From the NCBI GenBank assembly GCA_965199495.1, contig CBDASK010000003.1:160001-224000 (forward strand): 64,000 nt of DNA, written 5' to 3'. Shown one piece after another: positions 1 to 12,302 of the stretch. Every line of letters starts with the position of its first letter. Position 1 is the first letter of the stretch. Origin of the DNA: Abditibacterium sp. (lineage in GTDB: Bacteria > Armatimonadota > Abditibacteriia > Abditibacteriales > Abditibacteriaceae). The translations under genes and the position numbers were made by a program. Below the pieces are notes generated by a model. That model saw only the letters and a program-made list of their open reading frames with translations. It was not told where the DNA came from and made no database searches.

Positions 1-774
1 CTTCCACGGCGCCTCGATCCAGCGCGTGGCGGCTTGCGTCAGATGAAACCCGAAGCGTTCGCGCAGCAGCCACTCCCACGGATACAATTTAAAAATCAGC
101 GATATTTCTGTTTCGGATTCGTCGGTAAAAACGCCGCGCCGCTCGTTCCAGCCGACACGGTCAATCGGCAAATAGCGCGTTTCAAATCCGGCCTGAATCG
201 CCGTGTCGCGCAGATAATTCGCCGTCATGTAATCTTCGTAGCCGTCGTCAATCGAAGTGACGTGCAACAACGGCGCGCCAACTTCGGCGCGCAACGCCGT
301 CCACGCTTCGATTAAACGTTCGTGAATCGAGTTGAATTGGTCAACGCGCGCGTCGTCGCCAAAGCGGTCTTGCAGCCAGTGCCACTGCACGACCGCCGCC
401 TCGATGAGACCGGTCGGCGTATCGGCGTTGAATTCGAGCAGCTTGATGTCGCGTCCGTCGAACCACAAATCGAAGCGCCCATAAATCGTGCGCTCCTGCG
501 TTTCCCACGAGCGGCGAATCCATTCCTGAAAGCCAAAGGGAATCTCGAACTCGTCCCACAAACCGCGCTCGATAACGTGTTCGACCGCCGCCAAACACAT
601 CGTATCCAGTTGTTGCGTCGCGTTTTCCAGACGCTCGATTTCCGCGCCCGAAAACTGGTAAGCTGCGCCTTCGTTCCAATACGCCGGGCCTTCGTCTTCG
701 TCGTCGAAGGTCAAGCCGACTTGCGCGGTGCGCTCGATCCAATCGGCGCGCGCTTCAAATTGCAATCGTTGCAT
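1..774 (-). CDS. Glutathionylspermidine synthase family protein (partial, runs off window)
   Basis: Manual translation from ATG at 774: MQRLQFEARADWIER...YWNEGAAYQF...YGRFDLWFDG..IKLLEFNADTPTGLIEAAVVQWHW..DQFNSIHERLI..FKLYPWEWL, which are typical GSP_synth motifs. Absent from the ORF track because there is no stop in the window. Confidence 0.9.
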   Translation of the reverse strand, partial: MQRLQFEARADWIERTAQVGLTFDDEDEGPAYWNEGAAYQFSGAEIERLENATQQLDTMCLAAVEHVIERGLWDEFEIPFGFQEWIRRSWETQERTIYGRFDLWFDGRDIKLLEFNADTPTGLIEAAVVQWHWLQDRFGDDARVDQFNSIHERLIEAWTALRAEVGAPLLHVTSIDDGYEDYMTANYLRDTAIQAGFETRYLPIDRVGWNERRGVFTDESETEISLIFKLYPWEWLLRERFGFHLTQAATRWIEAPWK

Positions 775-780
775 CTCGGT

Positions 781-1056
781 TCACGACCCTCCGCTAAACC
801 AGCCGCCGCTACGCCCAAAACCGCCGCGCTCTGAGCCGCCAACGCCCGGCGAAATTGAACTGCCACCGCGATTGCCGACGCCGCCGACGTAACCGCCGCG
901 CGTGCCGGTGCCGCAATCGTCGGTTGTCGTCAAAGTTGAGTGCGTGTTGTCGCAGTTGCGCCCGCAACCCGAAAACGCCAGCAGAGCGGGCGAAACAATC
1001 GCCAACGCAACCGCACGACTGCGGCGCCGCGCCGCAAGAGGAAAAACCGGTTTCAT
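781..1056 (-). CDS. Small Gly/Ser-rich lipoprotein (YgiB/YjfM-like partner of GSP synthase)
   Basis: Lipobox-like LAFSGC, C-terminal RGGFG motif, directly upstream of the GSP synthase gene. Confidence 0.7.
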   Translation of the reverse strand: MKPVFPLAARRRSRAVALAIVSPALLAFSGCGRNCDNTHSTLTTTDDCGTGTRGGYVGGVGNRGGSSISPGVGGSERGGFGRSGGWFSGGS

Positions 1057-1106
1057 AAGAGAACTTCTATTTTCTCACAGAAAACCGCGCCGGGCAAGCC
1101 GAAAAT

Positions 1107-1532
1107 TCAGGCGATTTCGCGTTTCATCAATATCGCGTCTTCGCCATCATCGTAGTAGCCACGTCGCACGCCACTTTCCTCGAACCCGCATTTTAGATAG
1201 AGCGCGCGCGCCGCTTCGTTGCCCGCGCGCACTTCGAGCCATATCTCGCGCGCGCCGCGATTGGTTAAAGCCGTAATCGCCTCGCGCACCAACTGCGCGC
1301 CAACGCCGTGGCTGCGTTGCGCGGGCAACACGCCAACGCGCTCGATTTCGGCGGCGCCCGCCGCGCTCCAACTGAGGAGATAACCATAATTTTCGATGAT
1401 AAGAATCAGATAACGCGCTTCGTTTAGCACGCTTCGCAGCGTGTTTTGTTGCCACGCATCGGGCAGACAGGCGCGCTCTAATTCGACGAGTAAGTCGAGA
1501 TCGTCGGCGTGAGCGAGGCGGATTTCGGGCAT
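1107..1532 (-). CDS. rimI: Ribosomal-protein-alanine N-acetyltransferase (GNAT)
   Basis: WLEVRAGNEAARALYLKCGFEESGVRRGYYDDGEDAILM; downstream of tsaB. Confidence 0.85.
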   Translation of the reverse strand: MPEIRLAHADDLDLLVELERACLPDAWQQNTLRSVLNEARYLILIIENYGYLLSWSAAGAAEIERVGVLPAQRSHGVGAQLVREAITALTNRGAREIWLEVRAGNEAARALYLKCGFEESGVRRGYYDDGEDAILMKREIA

Positions 1533-1556
1533 AAAGCGAGAGGTGGGCGATAAAAG

Positions 1557-1693
1557 TTAGGACTTAAGCAATGCTCCGTAGAGACACCGACTTGTCGTGT
1601 CTAAAACGTGAATGTACGCCGCTTAGTCAAGACACTTTCTACGTTTTAGACACGACAAGTCGGTGTCTCTACGGGGCATTGCCTAAGTCCTAA
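1557..1693. repeat. REPIN-like palindrome, family A (GTAGAGACACCGACTTGTCGTGTCT) inside outer TAGGACTTA..TAAGTCCTA arms
   Basis: Long inverted repeat; the same core occurs at 15654, 22551 and 28634. Confidence 0.9.
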
Positions 1694-1730
1694 AGGTGAA
1701 GTTGTGGCTCGTTCAAGGTGTCGCTCGACT

Positions 1731-2522
1731 TTAAAACTTCAAGTTGCGCTCCGCCGCCGAAGGTGCCAAATAAAGCGGTTCCAATTCGCTCAGTTCGGGC
1801 GTTTCTTCGTCGGCGATTTGATAGGCGCCGCTAATTCCGATTTCAATGGCGACCGTGGCGGCGGGCGCTTCGATATATTCGTATAAATCCGATTCGCCGC
1901 GCGCCTCCAATAATTCGACGGCTTGCATCCCGGCGGCGCCGCAAATTAAAATTGGGCCGTAAATTTCACTCGCCATGCCTTGACAAAATGCGCTATCGAG
2001 ATGCGTTTGCGCGTCGGCGATCCATTCGGATTGGACGGGCGCCAGATAATCGTTGGTCATCTGAAATAATTTGCCATAAAGCGCGCCCGGACGACACGGC
2101 GACAGCGCCAACACGATTTGCGCCTCGCGCGCTTCGGTTTTCTTTTTGCCGCGCTTGCCGCTTTTTTGCGCGGGCCGCGCCCGATGAATGGCGCTGGCGA
2201 GGGCATCGAACGAAGGCACGGCGGCCAGAGGTAAGGAGCGCGTTTGGGCCAGAGTTTTGAAAGTCGCGAAACCCACGCGTAAACTCGTCCACGAACCGGG
2301 GCCACTGCCAATCGCCAGACCGTCCACATCGTCTAATCCGTTCCAACCGGCTTCGCGCAAAGTTTCGTCAATGGCGCCGACCAATTGCGCGGCCAGTGCG
2401 CGGGCTTCATCAATCGAGACGAGCGCGGCGACCTGCGCATCCACGTTGGAAAGTTCGATGGCGGCCAACACGGCTTCGCCGGGTGTGGCGGTGCCGCCGG
2501 TTTCGAGTGCTAAAATTTTCAT
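1731..2522 (-). CDS. tsaB: tRNA threonylcarbamoyladenosine biosynthesis protein TsaB
   Basis: MKILALET, AIGSGPGSWTSLRVG, VPSFDALA, C-terminal LEPLYL. Confidence 0.9.
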   Translation of the reverse strand: MKILALETGGTATPGEAVLAAIELSNVDAQVAALVSIDEARALAAQLVGAIDETLREAGWNGLDDVDGLAIGSGPGSWTSLRVGFATFKTLAQTRSLPLAAVPSFDALASAIHRARPAQKSGKRGKKKTEAREAQIVLALSPCRPGALYGKLFQMTNDYLAPVQSEWIADAQTHLDSAFCQGMASEIYGPILICGAAGMQAVELLEARGESDLYEYIEAPAATVAIEIGISGAYQIADEETPELSELEPLYLAPSAAERNLKF

Positions 2523-2583
2523 AAAATAGAGGGGGAAAATGACGAGAGGCGCGCGCCAAAGTCGCGCTCAATTTCTAAGCACA

Positions 2584-2682
2584 ATGTTTTTCCAAATGTT
2601 GGCGCGCGGCGAAAAGCGGAGCGGTTTATCAAGCGCCGTCGAGGCCAAACAGTGACAAACGATTCTCACCCGCAGAGAGTAG
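2584..2682 (+). pseudogene. 5' remnant of a fourth copy of the downstream paralog family
   Basis: MFFQMLARGEKRSGLSSAVEAKQ*QTILTRRE* aligns with MLAQGETYKGLTSAAQSKQWQLIQNHIEW of 4060-4638; both Trp positions are stops (TGA, TAG). Confidence 0.7.
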
Positions 2683-2787
2683 GCTCAATATCGTTCTCCT
2701 TCTGAGTGAGGTTGATTGAGGAACGAAGCCGTGTGAGATAAATGTGACCGCTCTCTTCGTAACCGCGCGCCGTAAACTGCGCACATA

Positions 2788-3375
2788 ATGGTTATTCTCA
2801 AAATTTTAGCGGCGGGCGGCTTGGCGGTTTTACTCGTCTGGTTGCCGCTCAACCATTTCGCGTCGCAAAGTTTCGCGCGCCGCATCGCGCGCGGCGAAAT
2901 TTATAACGCACTACGCGGAGCAGCCACGCGCAGTCAATGGCACGTTTTGTTGCCTTATCTCAAGCGCGATTTAAGTTTGCCCGACGAAAGTTTGCGCGCG
3001 ATAATCGTCGGCGGAACCGAAAAGTTAATCGCGCTGGGCAATTCGCTCGGCCCGCGCAATCCGATTCCCGATATTTTACAAAATCAGGCGCGCGAACAAA
3101 TCAGCGCCGCGTTTGAGGCACTATTTTTCGCGTGCGCGCGTTTGTCTATCGTCGCCAATCAGGGCGTTAACGTCGAAAGTTTGCGCGCGGAACTGGAAGC
3201 CGAAAGCGCCAATCTGCGTCAGTTAGTCGCGGCGACCGAAGCCGCTTCGGTCGAGTTAGCGCGTCTAACATTGTTGGCGGGCGACGAAAAAATGCCGACC
3301 AGCAGCCAGCAATTCGGACAATTGGGCTGGGCGGCGGGCGAACTCAGGCGTCTAAACCGCCAATTGGAAGAGTAG
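2788..3375 (+). CDS. Hypothetical membrane-anchored helical protein, tandem paralog 1
   Basis: N-terminal TM segment; shares NLRQL..ATEAAS.ELARLT and FGQLGWAAGELRRL with its neighbours. Confidence 0.85.
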   Translation: MVILKILAAGGLAVLLVWLPLNHFASQSFARRIARGEIYNALRGAATRSQWHVLLPYLKRDLSLPDESLRAIIVGGTEKLIALGNSLGPRNPIPDILQNQAREQISAAFEALFFACARLSIVANQGVNVESLRAELEAESANLRQLVAATEAASVELARLTLLAGDEKMPTSSQQFGQLGWAAGELRRLNRQLEE

Positions 3376-3398
3376 TTTTGGTTTTTGGATGAACGATT

Positions 3399-3977
3399 AT
3401 GGAAGTTTATTTGGCAATCATCGCGTTTTTGACGCCGCCCGTGTTGGCGGTGGCTGTGCCGATTGGCTACTTTGCGCGCCACAATTATGGTCGTCTGGCC
3501 GCGCGCGGCGAAGTGCGGCGCGCTTTGTTCAAAGCTGCCAAAAATCGGCGCTGGAAATGGATCGGCGAATTTATCCACTATAAATTAGTCTTGCCCGACC
3601 CCAATTTGCGTCCGCTTTTAACACAAGCCGCGCAGCGATTGATTGATCTACAAAACGCGCTCGGTCCCGAAAATCCCCTCCCCGGCCCGCTTCGTCACAA
3701 CGCGCAAACCCAGATCAACGCCGCCTTCGACGCCCTATTTCACGCGTGCGGCAGATTATCCATCGTCGGCAACCAACGCATTAACGCCGACGAACTGCGG
3801 CCAGAAATCGAATCCGAAATCGCCAACTTGCAACAGTTATTGCAAGCCACCGAAGCTGCGTCCATCGAACTTGCTCGCCTGACGATGTTGAGCCACCGCG
3901 ACAAAGCGCCCGCCGTCAGCGCGCAATTCGGCCAGTTGGGTTGGGCGGCGGGCGAGTTGAGGCGATTGGAAATTTAA
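3399..3977 (+). CDS. Hypothetical membrane-anchored helical protein, tandem paralog 2
   Basis: Same motifs as paralog 1. Confidence 0.85.
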   Translation: MEVYLAIIAFLTPPVLAVAVPIGYFARHNYGRLAARGEVRRALFKAAKNRRWKWIGEFIHYKLVLPDPNLRPLLTQAAQRLIDLQNALGPENPLPGPLRHNAQTQINAAFDALFHACGRLSIVGNQRINADELRPEIESEIANLQQLLQATEAASIELARLTMLSHRDKAPAVSAQFGQLGWAAGELRRLEI

Positions 3978-4059
3978 GGTTTTAACGAAACGGTCGGCCA
4001 GACTTGGCACAAAATATACTCTATTAACGGAAGTGGTAAAATCGCGTCGTTTTTTTACA

Positions 4060-4638
4060 ATGTTTTCTTGGATCAAAATTCCCGCGCTGATGCTGGCGCA
4101 AGGCGAAACTTATAAAGGCCTGACGAGCGCCGCTCAGAGCAAGCAGTGGCAACTGATTCAGAATCACATCGAGTGGAAGTTGAAGTTGCCCGACGACGCG
4201 GGTATTTCTAAAACGGCTCAATTCCAGCGCAGCGCACCGATTCACTCCCAGTTGCGCTTATTGTTGGTGGCTTTGGCGACGCAACTCATCAATCTGCGCC
4301 AGAGCGCGGACAACGAGCGCAATCCGACGCCGTGGGCGCTAAAAAAAGCTATCGAATCCGAAGTCCGCGCGGCTTTTGATGCACTGTTTCAAACCTGCGA
4401 ACGCTTGGAAATCGTGGCGCAACAGGGTGTTGCGCCAGAGCGCTTGCAAAGCGAACTCGAACAGGAAGCCGCCAACCTGCGCCAACTGCTGCAAGCGACC
4501 GAAGAAGCGAGCGCCGAAATGGCGCGCCTGACGTTATCGGCGGGCCGATGGAAAGTCGCCGATTCGAGCGGCAAGTTCGAGAAATTGGGCTGGGCCGCGC
4601 GCGAGTTGACCCGATTCAATCGCGAATTGGACGAGTAA
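4060..4638 (+). CDS. Hypothetical helical protein, tandem paralog 3 (no clear TM)
   Basis: FEKLGWAARELTRFNRELDE C-terminus; ATG at 4060 preferred over GTG at 4033. Confidence 0.85.
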   Translation: MFSWIKIPALMLAQGETYKGLTSAAQSKQWQLIQNHIEWKLKLPDDAGISKTAQFQRSAPIHSQLRLLLVALATQLINLRQSADNERNPTPWALKKAIESEVRAAFDALFQTCERLEIVAQQGVAPERLQSELEQEAANLRQLLQATEEASAEMARLTLSAGRWKVADSSGKFEKLGWAARELTRFNRELDE

Positions 4639-4659
4639 TTTATCCGCAAATCGCTTGGT

Positions 4660-4803
4660 TTATCGCCCGACCCAAATTTTCTCCGGCATATCACCCAAGT
4701 TCGGACTTAGCCATTTCTCCGCACGCTCGAACGTCATATTCGCGCGCGCCGCGTAATCGGCGACTTGGTCGCGCCCAATTTTGCCGGCAGCGACATAATG
4801 CGC
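4660..4803 (-). pseudogene. metH: Duplicate of the last 144 bp of metH
   Basis: Ungapped match to 7639-7782 with about 15 mismatches by eye; translates [47 protein letters not shown]. Confidence 0.92.
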
Positions 4804-4812
4804 TTCACAAAC

Positions 4813-5205
4813 TTAAACTTCCAAAGCCAAACGCAAGCGCGCTTGAACTTCGTTCCAATCGGCTTCAGAAAGATGGCCGATGCGCGTGACCTGATGTTGC
4901 CAGCGCGGACTGATATAAATGCGAACGGCGGAAGTCTCATCCAGTCCGGCTTCACGCCAATCGAACAAAACGAAATCTGTCGGCGCCGTGGCAATCGCAA
5001 TGTTCGAGGTGATAACAGCCAACAATACATCGGGGCGCGCTGTCTTGATACGCTTTCCACGCCACCAATTTGCGCGGATAACAGCCAACAATACATCGGG
5101 GCGCGTCCCTTGATAAAGTTCGCTCGACACGACAACGCACGGACGTTGTTTGGTTTCTTTGGCGCCGGGGAAATCGGCCCAGACCACATCACCCGGAAGC
5201 AACAT
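4813..5205 (-). CDS. PemK/MazF family toxin with a 22-aa in-frame insertion
   Basis: PGDVVWADFPGAKETKQRPCVVVS..DVLLAVITS..IGHLSEADW; RPDVLLAVI is duplicated. Confidence 0.85.
   Translation of the reverse strand: MLLPGDVVWADFPGAKETKQRPCVVVSSELYQGTRPDVLLAVIRANWWRGKRIKTARPDVLLAVITSNIAIATAPTDFVLFDWREAGLDETSAVRIYISPRWQHQVTRIGHLSEADWNEVQARLRLALEV
5011..5105. repeat. 29-bp exact direct repeat x2 with a 37-bp spacer
   Basis: GATAACAGCCAACAATACATCGGGGCGCG at 5011-5039 and 5077-5105. Confidence 0.95.
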
Positions 5206-5407
5206 TATGGCTCTCCTGCGCTTCGATTTCCTCGTAAAGTGCGGCTCCAGCAGCGGAAAATTCGGACAAATCTTCGTCGCTCCATTCCGTGCTGCGATTG
5301 ACGGGAGGATTCAGCATCGCGCGCAAACGCGCGATTTCGCTCGTGGGCACGTTTTGCAACGCCGCGTAAATCGCTTCGGCGGTCGGGTTCTCAATCGTAA
5401 TCGGCAT
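5189..5407 (-). CDS. Putative antitoxin for the MazF-like toxin
   Basis: 72 aa, acidic C-terminus (EWSDEDLSEF), overlaps the toxin start; TAAAAT lies 7 nt upstream of the ATG. Confidence 0.7.
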   Translation of the reverse strand: MPITIENPTAEAIYAALQNVPTSEIARLRAMLNPPVNRSTEWSDEDLSEFSAAGAALYEEIEAQESHNVASG

Positions 5408-5500
5408 GGTTTTTATTTTACCAGCTTTTGTCAAGCGTTTTTTTACCGCGTGCCTTTTCTCATTCTCCAAAGCATCTGACAATTCGAGTAAAATAGAATC

Positions 5501-5698
5501 ATGGCAACAGCAACGCAATCTCCACCAAATAATGCGTCCGCGAACACCAGCCACGTCCAAGAAGACAGGCGCAATGATGCCGCGCGCCAACTGCTAAGAC
5601 GGTGGCGCGAGGAAGCACAAGACGAAACAGCTTGGCCAGAAGTGCAACAGTTGATCGAGGAAAACCGGCTTTCGGTGAGGCGCAAGTTTGGCGAATGA
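5501..5698 (+). CDS. Putative antitoxin for the PIN toxin
   Basis: 65 aa, overlaps the start of the PIN gene; TAAAAT lies 6 nt before the ATG. Confidence 0.7.
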   Translation: MATATQSPPNNASANTSHVQEDRRNDAARQLLRRWREEAQDETAWPEVQQLIEENRLSVRRKFGE

Positions 5699-6119
5699 AA
5701 TTCTCGCGCTCGATTCGAGTCCGCTTGGCCGATTGGTTCATCCGCGTCAAAACGGCGAAGTTTCCGATTGGCTCGACGGCGTTTTAGCGCGCGGCGGGAC
5801 GGTTTATATCCCCGAAATCATCGACTACGAACTGCGCCGCGCCCTACTTTTTGGCGGCTTAACGCGCTCACTTCAAAGACTGGACGAGTTGGAAGCCGTG
5901 CTGCCGTTTCTGCCGCTCGACCGAGCCACGATGTTGGACGCCGCCGAGTTGTGGGCGCAAGCGCGTCGGCAGGGAAAGTCGGTCGCCGCTCCCAAAGAGT
6001 TGGACGGCGACGCGATTTTAGCGGCGCAAGCGCGCCGAGTCGGAGCGGTTGTTGTCACCGAAAACGTCGGGCACTTATCGGTTTGGGTTGATGCGCGCGA
6101 TTGGCGCGAGACGGAGTAG
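5688..6119 (+). CDS. PIN-domain (VapC-like) toxin
   Basis: LALDSSPL, IPEIIDYELRR, LDGDAILAAQA, VVTENVGHL. Confidence 0.88.
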   Translation: MANEILALDSSPLGRLVHPRQNGEVSDWLDGVLARGGTVYIPEIIDYELRRALLFGGLTRSLQRLDELEAVLPFLPLDRATMLDAAELWAQARRQGKSVAAPKELDGDAILAAQARRVGAVVVTENVGHLSVWVDARDWRETE

Positions 6120-6148
6120 AAGTAACTAATGCTACGAAGCTTTAGGCA

Positions 6149-7561
6149 CTACATAGGTAATTTCCAGCCTGATTTGCTGTTGGAATATTTCAATTGCTCT
6201 GGTTTTGTCCGGTCTGCGTAAACCTCGTCAGCGAAATTTATTTCAGAAGTGATGACTTCATAGTACTCTCCAAGCCGACTTACTTGAGACAAATCGGAAA
6301 CGATAGACCGGTAAATGGCCTTAAACCCCTTTTGGGGAACTAAATGCTTCAGAAATTCCGTCTGTTTGATTCGCACATCAATATTAGGAGCTTTTGGCAA
6401 AGGTTTGAACATAGTGCCTACATTATAGATTGTGGATAAAGACGAAAGAGACACACCTTGCTTTGTATTCGCTCCATACTTGGACAAGATACTTTCCAAA
6501 GCCTTCTCCACTTCATTGACCAAGTTGTTTGATCTGAAGGTAAATTCTCCAGAATGGACATGGTTCTCAAGGTCAATCAAACGTCTTCTTGCCTCGACGA
6601 ATTCAGGACTTTGCCTGAGTTGAAGTGCGTGATTTATGTATTCCTTTGGACTTCCGATTTTTTGAGCAAACCAGTTCACAAACAGAGGTAACTTACTCTC
6701 AATGATGAAGGGTTGAGAATTGTTCAATATCTCTTTGAGCTTATCTTCTGAATGCCTATTCATTTGATCTATTATAGGACGAAAAAGAGGAAATTTGTTC
6801 TGGTTTAGCTTAGACAAAAAGTTGTATTGGAAGGCATGACGGATGGGATGGAGAAAGAGATCGGCCCCCAAATTATGAGCGGACAATGTATAAAATATAG
6901 TCCTGAAGGCCAACCAATTTAAACCGTCAAGAAAGGCGCTAACCTCACGGGGAACATACGCCTCTTTCTTACTTCCCGCTCGGTCTATAACGGTGTGGCC
7001 GCTCTCAATCAGCTTGCCATACCTATCTACAAGAATAGGTTCATTTTCTTTAGCATCCCTCGTATTTGCACGAGACTTGTCCATTAGCTCACCATAAATC
7101 GCGTTATGCAAGCTACTATATTTATCAATATCAACACCCGCCACACCTTCCAATATTTTTTGTGTTAAGTGATAAGCACTACCCGACATATCCCATGTGA
7201 AGATCACATTCATTTTCAACATATCGAAAAATGGCTTAAAATCTTCGTCCGTGAAATATCCTGCTTCAACACGAGGCGCGATGCCGGACATTAGAGCCTC
7301 AGTCTCTGATCGAATTATGTCAAAAGGAAGAATACTGGAGCTAACCAGTAAGAACTCGGAGAAAAAATCTTGACGCTGCTTCCGAAATTCTGGTTTGTAG
7401 TCATCTAATACCAAAACCTTATCGTAGAAAAGAATCGCTTGTAGCACGTTTTCCAAACAGAGAATATCGGAATTTATGATGCTTTCGTTCTTGATCTGAA
7501 TTTGGCCCAATAGTCTTTGAACGCTGGTCAGAGAGCTATTATCGATGAGTGCGTATCTCAT
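6149..7561 (-). CDS. Hypothetical 470-aa protein, AT-rich and probably foreign
   Basis: Long ORF with composition and codon usage clearly different from its flanks; no family recognised. Confidence 0.85.
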   Translation of the reverse strand: MRYALIDNSSLTSVQRLLGQIQIKNESIINSDILCLENVLQAILFYDKVLVLDDYKPEFRKQRQDFFSEFLLVSSSILPFDIIRSETEALMSGIAPRVEAGYFTDEDFKPFFDMLKMNVIFTWDMSGSAYHLTQKILEGVAGVDIDKYSSLHNAIYGELMDKSRANTRDAKENEPILVDRYGKLIESGHTVIDRAGSKKEAYVPREVSAFLDGLNWLAFRTIFYTLSAHNLGADLFLHPIRHAFQYNFLSKLNQNKFPLFRPIIDQMNRHSEDKLKEILNNSQPFIIESKLPLFVNWFAQKIGSPKEYINHALQLRQSPEFVEARRRLIDLENHVHSGEFTFRSNNLVNEVEKALESILSKYGANTKQGVSLSSLSTIYNVGTMFKPLPKAPNIDVRIKQTEFLKHLVPQKGFKAIYRSIVSDLSQVSRLGEYYEVITSEINFADEVYADRTKPEQLKYSNSKSGWKLPM

Positions 7562-7591
7562 AATGTTACTTCAAACTGGGTGTTTGATGGA

Positions 7592-7624
7592 TTCTCAGTT
7601 CACCAAATATTGGTGAACTGAGAA
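7592..7624. terminator. Perfect 15-bp hairpin just downstream of metH
   Basis: TTCTCAGTTCACCAA-ATA-TTGGTGAACTGAGAA; no clear U-tract. Confidence 0.5.
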
Positions 7625-7638
7625 CTACTAATCATAGT

Positions 7639-11343
<3,705 letters not shown>

Positions 11344-11528
11344 CGTGATACGTTGATAGTTTAGTCGGTTGAGAGTGGGCGGGGTGCGAATTGGTTTTAG
11401 ATTGGACTTGACGCGAATGGAAATTTGAAGTTGCACCGCGCGCGAACGTTGGTTAAAATAGCTGCGAAAGATTCAAAACTCGAAGAGCAGCACCTTAATC
11501 TTGCGAGTTACTTAGCGAGGAATGACTT

Positions 11529-11783
11529 ATGCAATCAAAAAATATTTTTGACGAATGTGGCGAAGAAACGAAATTCGAGCTTCAAGGATTCCGAGTTGAC
11601 CCAATTGGTTTCATTGTGAATACCGTTCCTCCATTGGGTGAGGATATAAGCGGTTCCATGATACGCAGGTATGAGAAGTATTTATTGTTACCCATTGGCT
11701 TTGATTATGTCGGTAAAAATAGCAACGAGTTGGAGCGTGCTGTGAAGGAGCTGTGCCATAGAATTGGCAAAGCCCGCGATTAA
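11529..11783 (+). CDS. Hypothetical protein
   Basis: 84-aa ORF with upstream GAGG, in an AT-richer patch. Confidence 0.55.
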   Translation: MQSKNIFDECGEETKFELQGFRVDPIGFIVNTVPPLGEDISGSMIRRYEKYLLLPIGFDYVGKNSNELERAVKELCHRIGKARD

Positions 11784-11822
11784 TTGTGACGAAGCCATTT
11801 CTTCATTCTTATTTAACCTGCG

Positions 11823-12302
11823 ATGCAAAACAAACCTTCCGATAAAAAGACGAGTAGCGCGCCGCAAACTTTATGTCCAAGTTCCAACCCAGATAATTGG
11901 GACAACGGCATAATTTTCGGCGTTGTATTGGGCACGCCAGAGAAACCGGAAGTGATGTATCTTCCTGAACCGCAACCCGCTTCCGAAGCAATGTTGGCGC
12001 TTTCTGGCTCGGTTGAACCGGACGAGATTTTTCGTATCGCGTCGCCTTGCATAGGGAAAAAATGTGGTCATTTCGATGGTTCGCAATGCAGCCTTATCTC
12101 GAAAGCGGTGCAAATTCTACCTGCCGTCGTTGAGTCGTTACCTGCGTGCCGCATTCGTTCACGCTGTGAATGGTGGCACCAAGAGGGAAAAGAGGCCTGT
12201 CTTCGATGTCCACAAGTCGTAACATTGAACCCCAACATTCCAGCAAAGTTCAAGTCTTTGACCGTTGATGGCGTGAGAAACAAAGGAGAATCAGATGTTT
12301 GA
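11823..12302 (+). CDS. Cys-rich conserved hypothetical protein
   Basis: LCPS..FRIASPC..C.HF...C..LP.C.IR..C.WW.QEG..AC.RCPQVVT pattern. Confidence 0.8.
   Translation: MQNKPSDKKTSSAPQTLCPSSNPDNWDNGIIFGVVLGTPEKPEVMYLPEPQPASEAMLALSGSVEPDEIFRIASPCIGKKCGHFDGSQCSLISKAVQILPAVVESLPACRIRSRCEWWHQEGKEACLRCPQVVTLNPNIPAKFKSLTVDGVRNKGESDV

Noticed and set aside
2601..2771. 6S RNA or SAM-I riboswitch (terminal GGCGCGCGG/CCGCGCGCC pairing; TTATC..GATAA)
   Set aside because: The SAM-I core motifs are missing and the 5' half is better explained as a paralog pseudogene; the fold cannot be supported without a covariance search.
5011..5105. True CRISPR array
   Set aside because: Only two repeats, the repeat is native toxin coding sequence, and there is no leader or cas gene in the window.
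11344..11528. SAM or cobalamin riboswitch upstream of metH
   Set aside because: No recognisable consensus elements.
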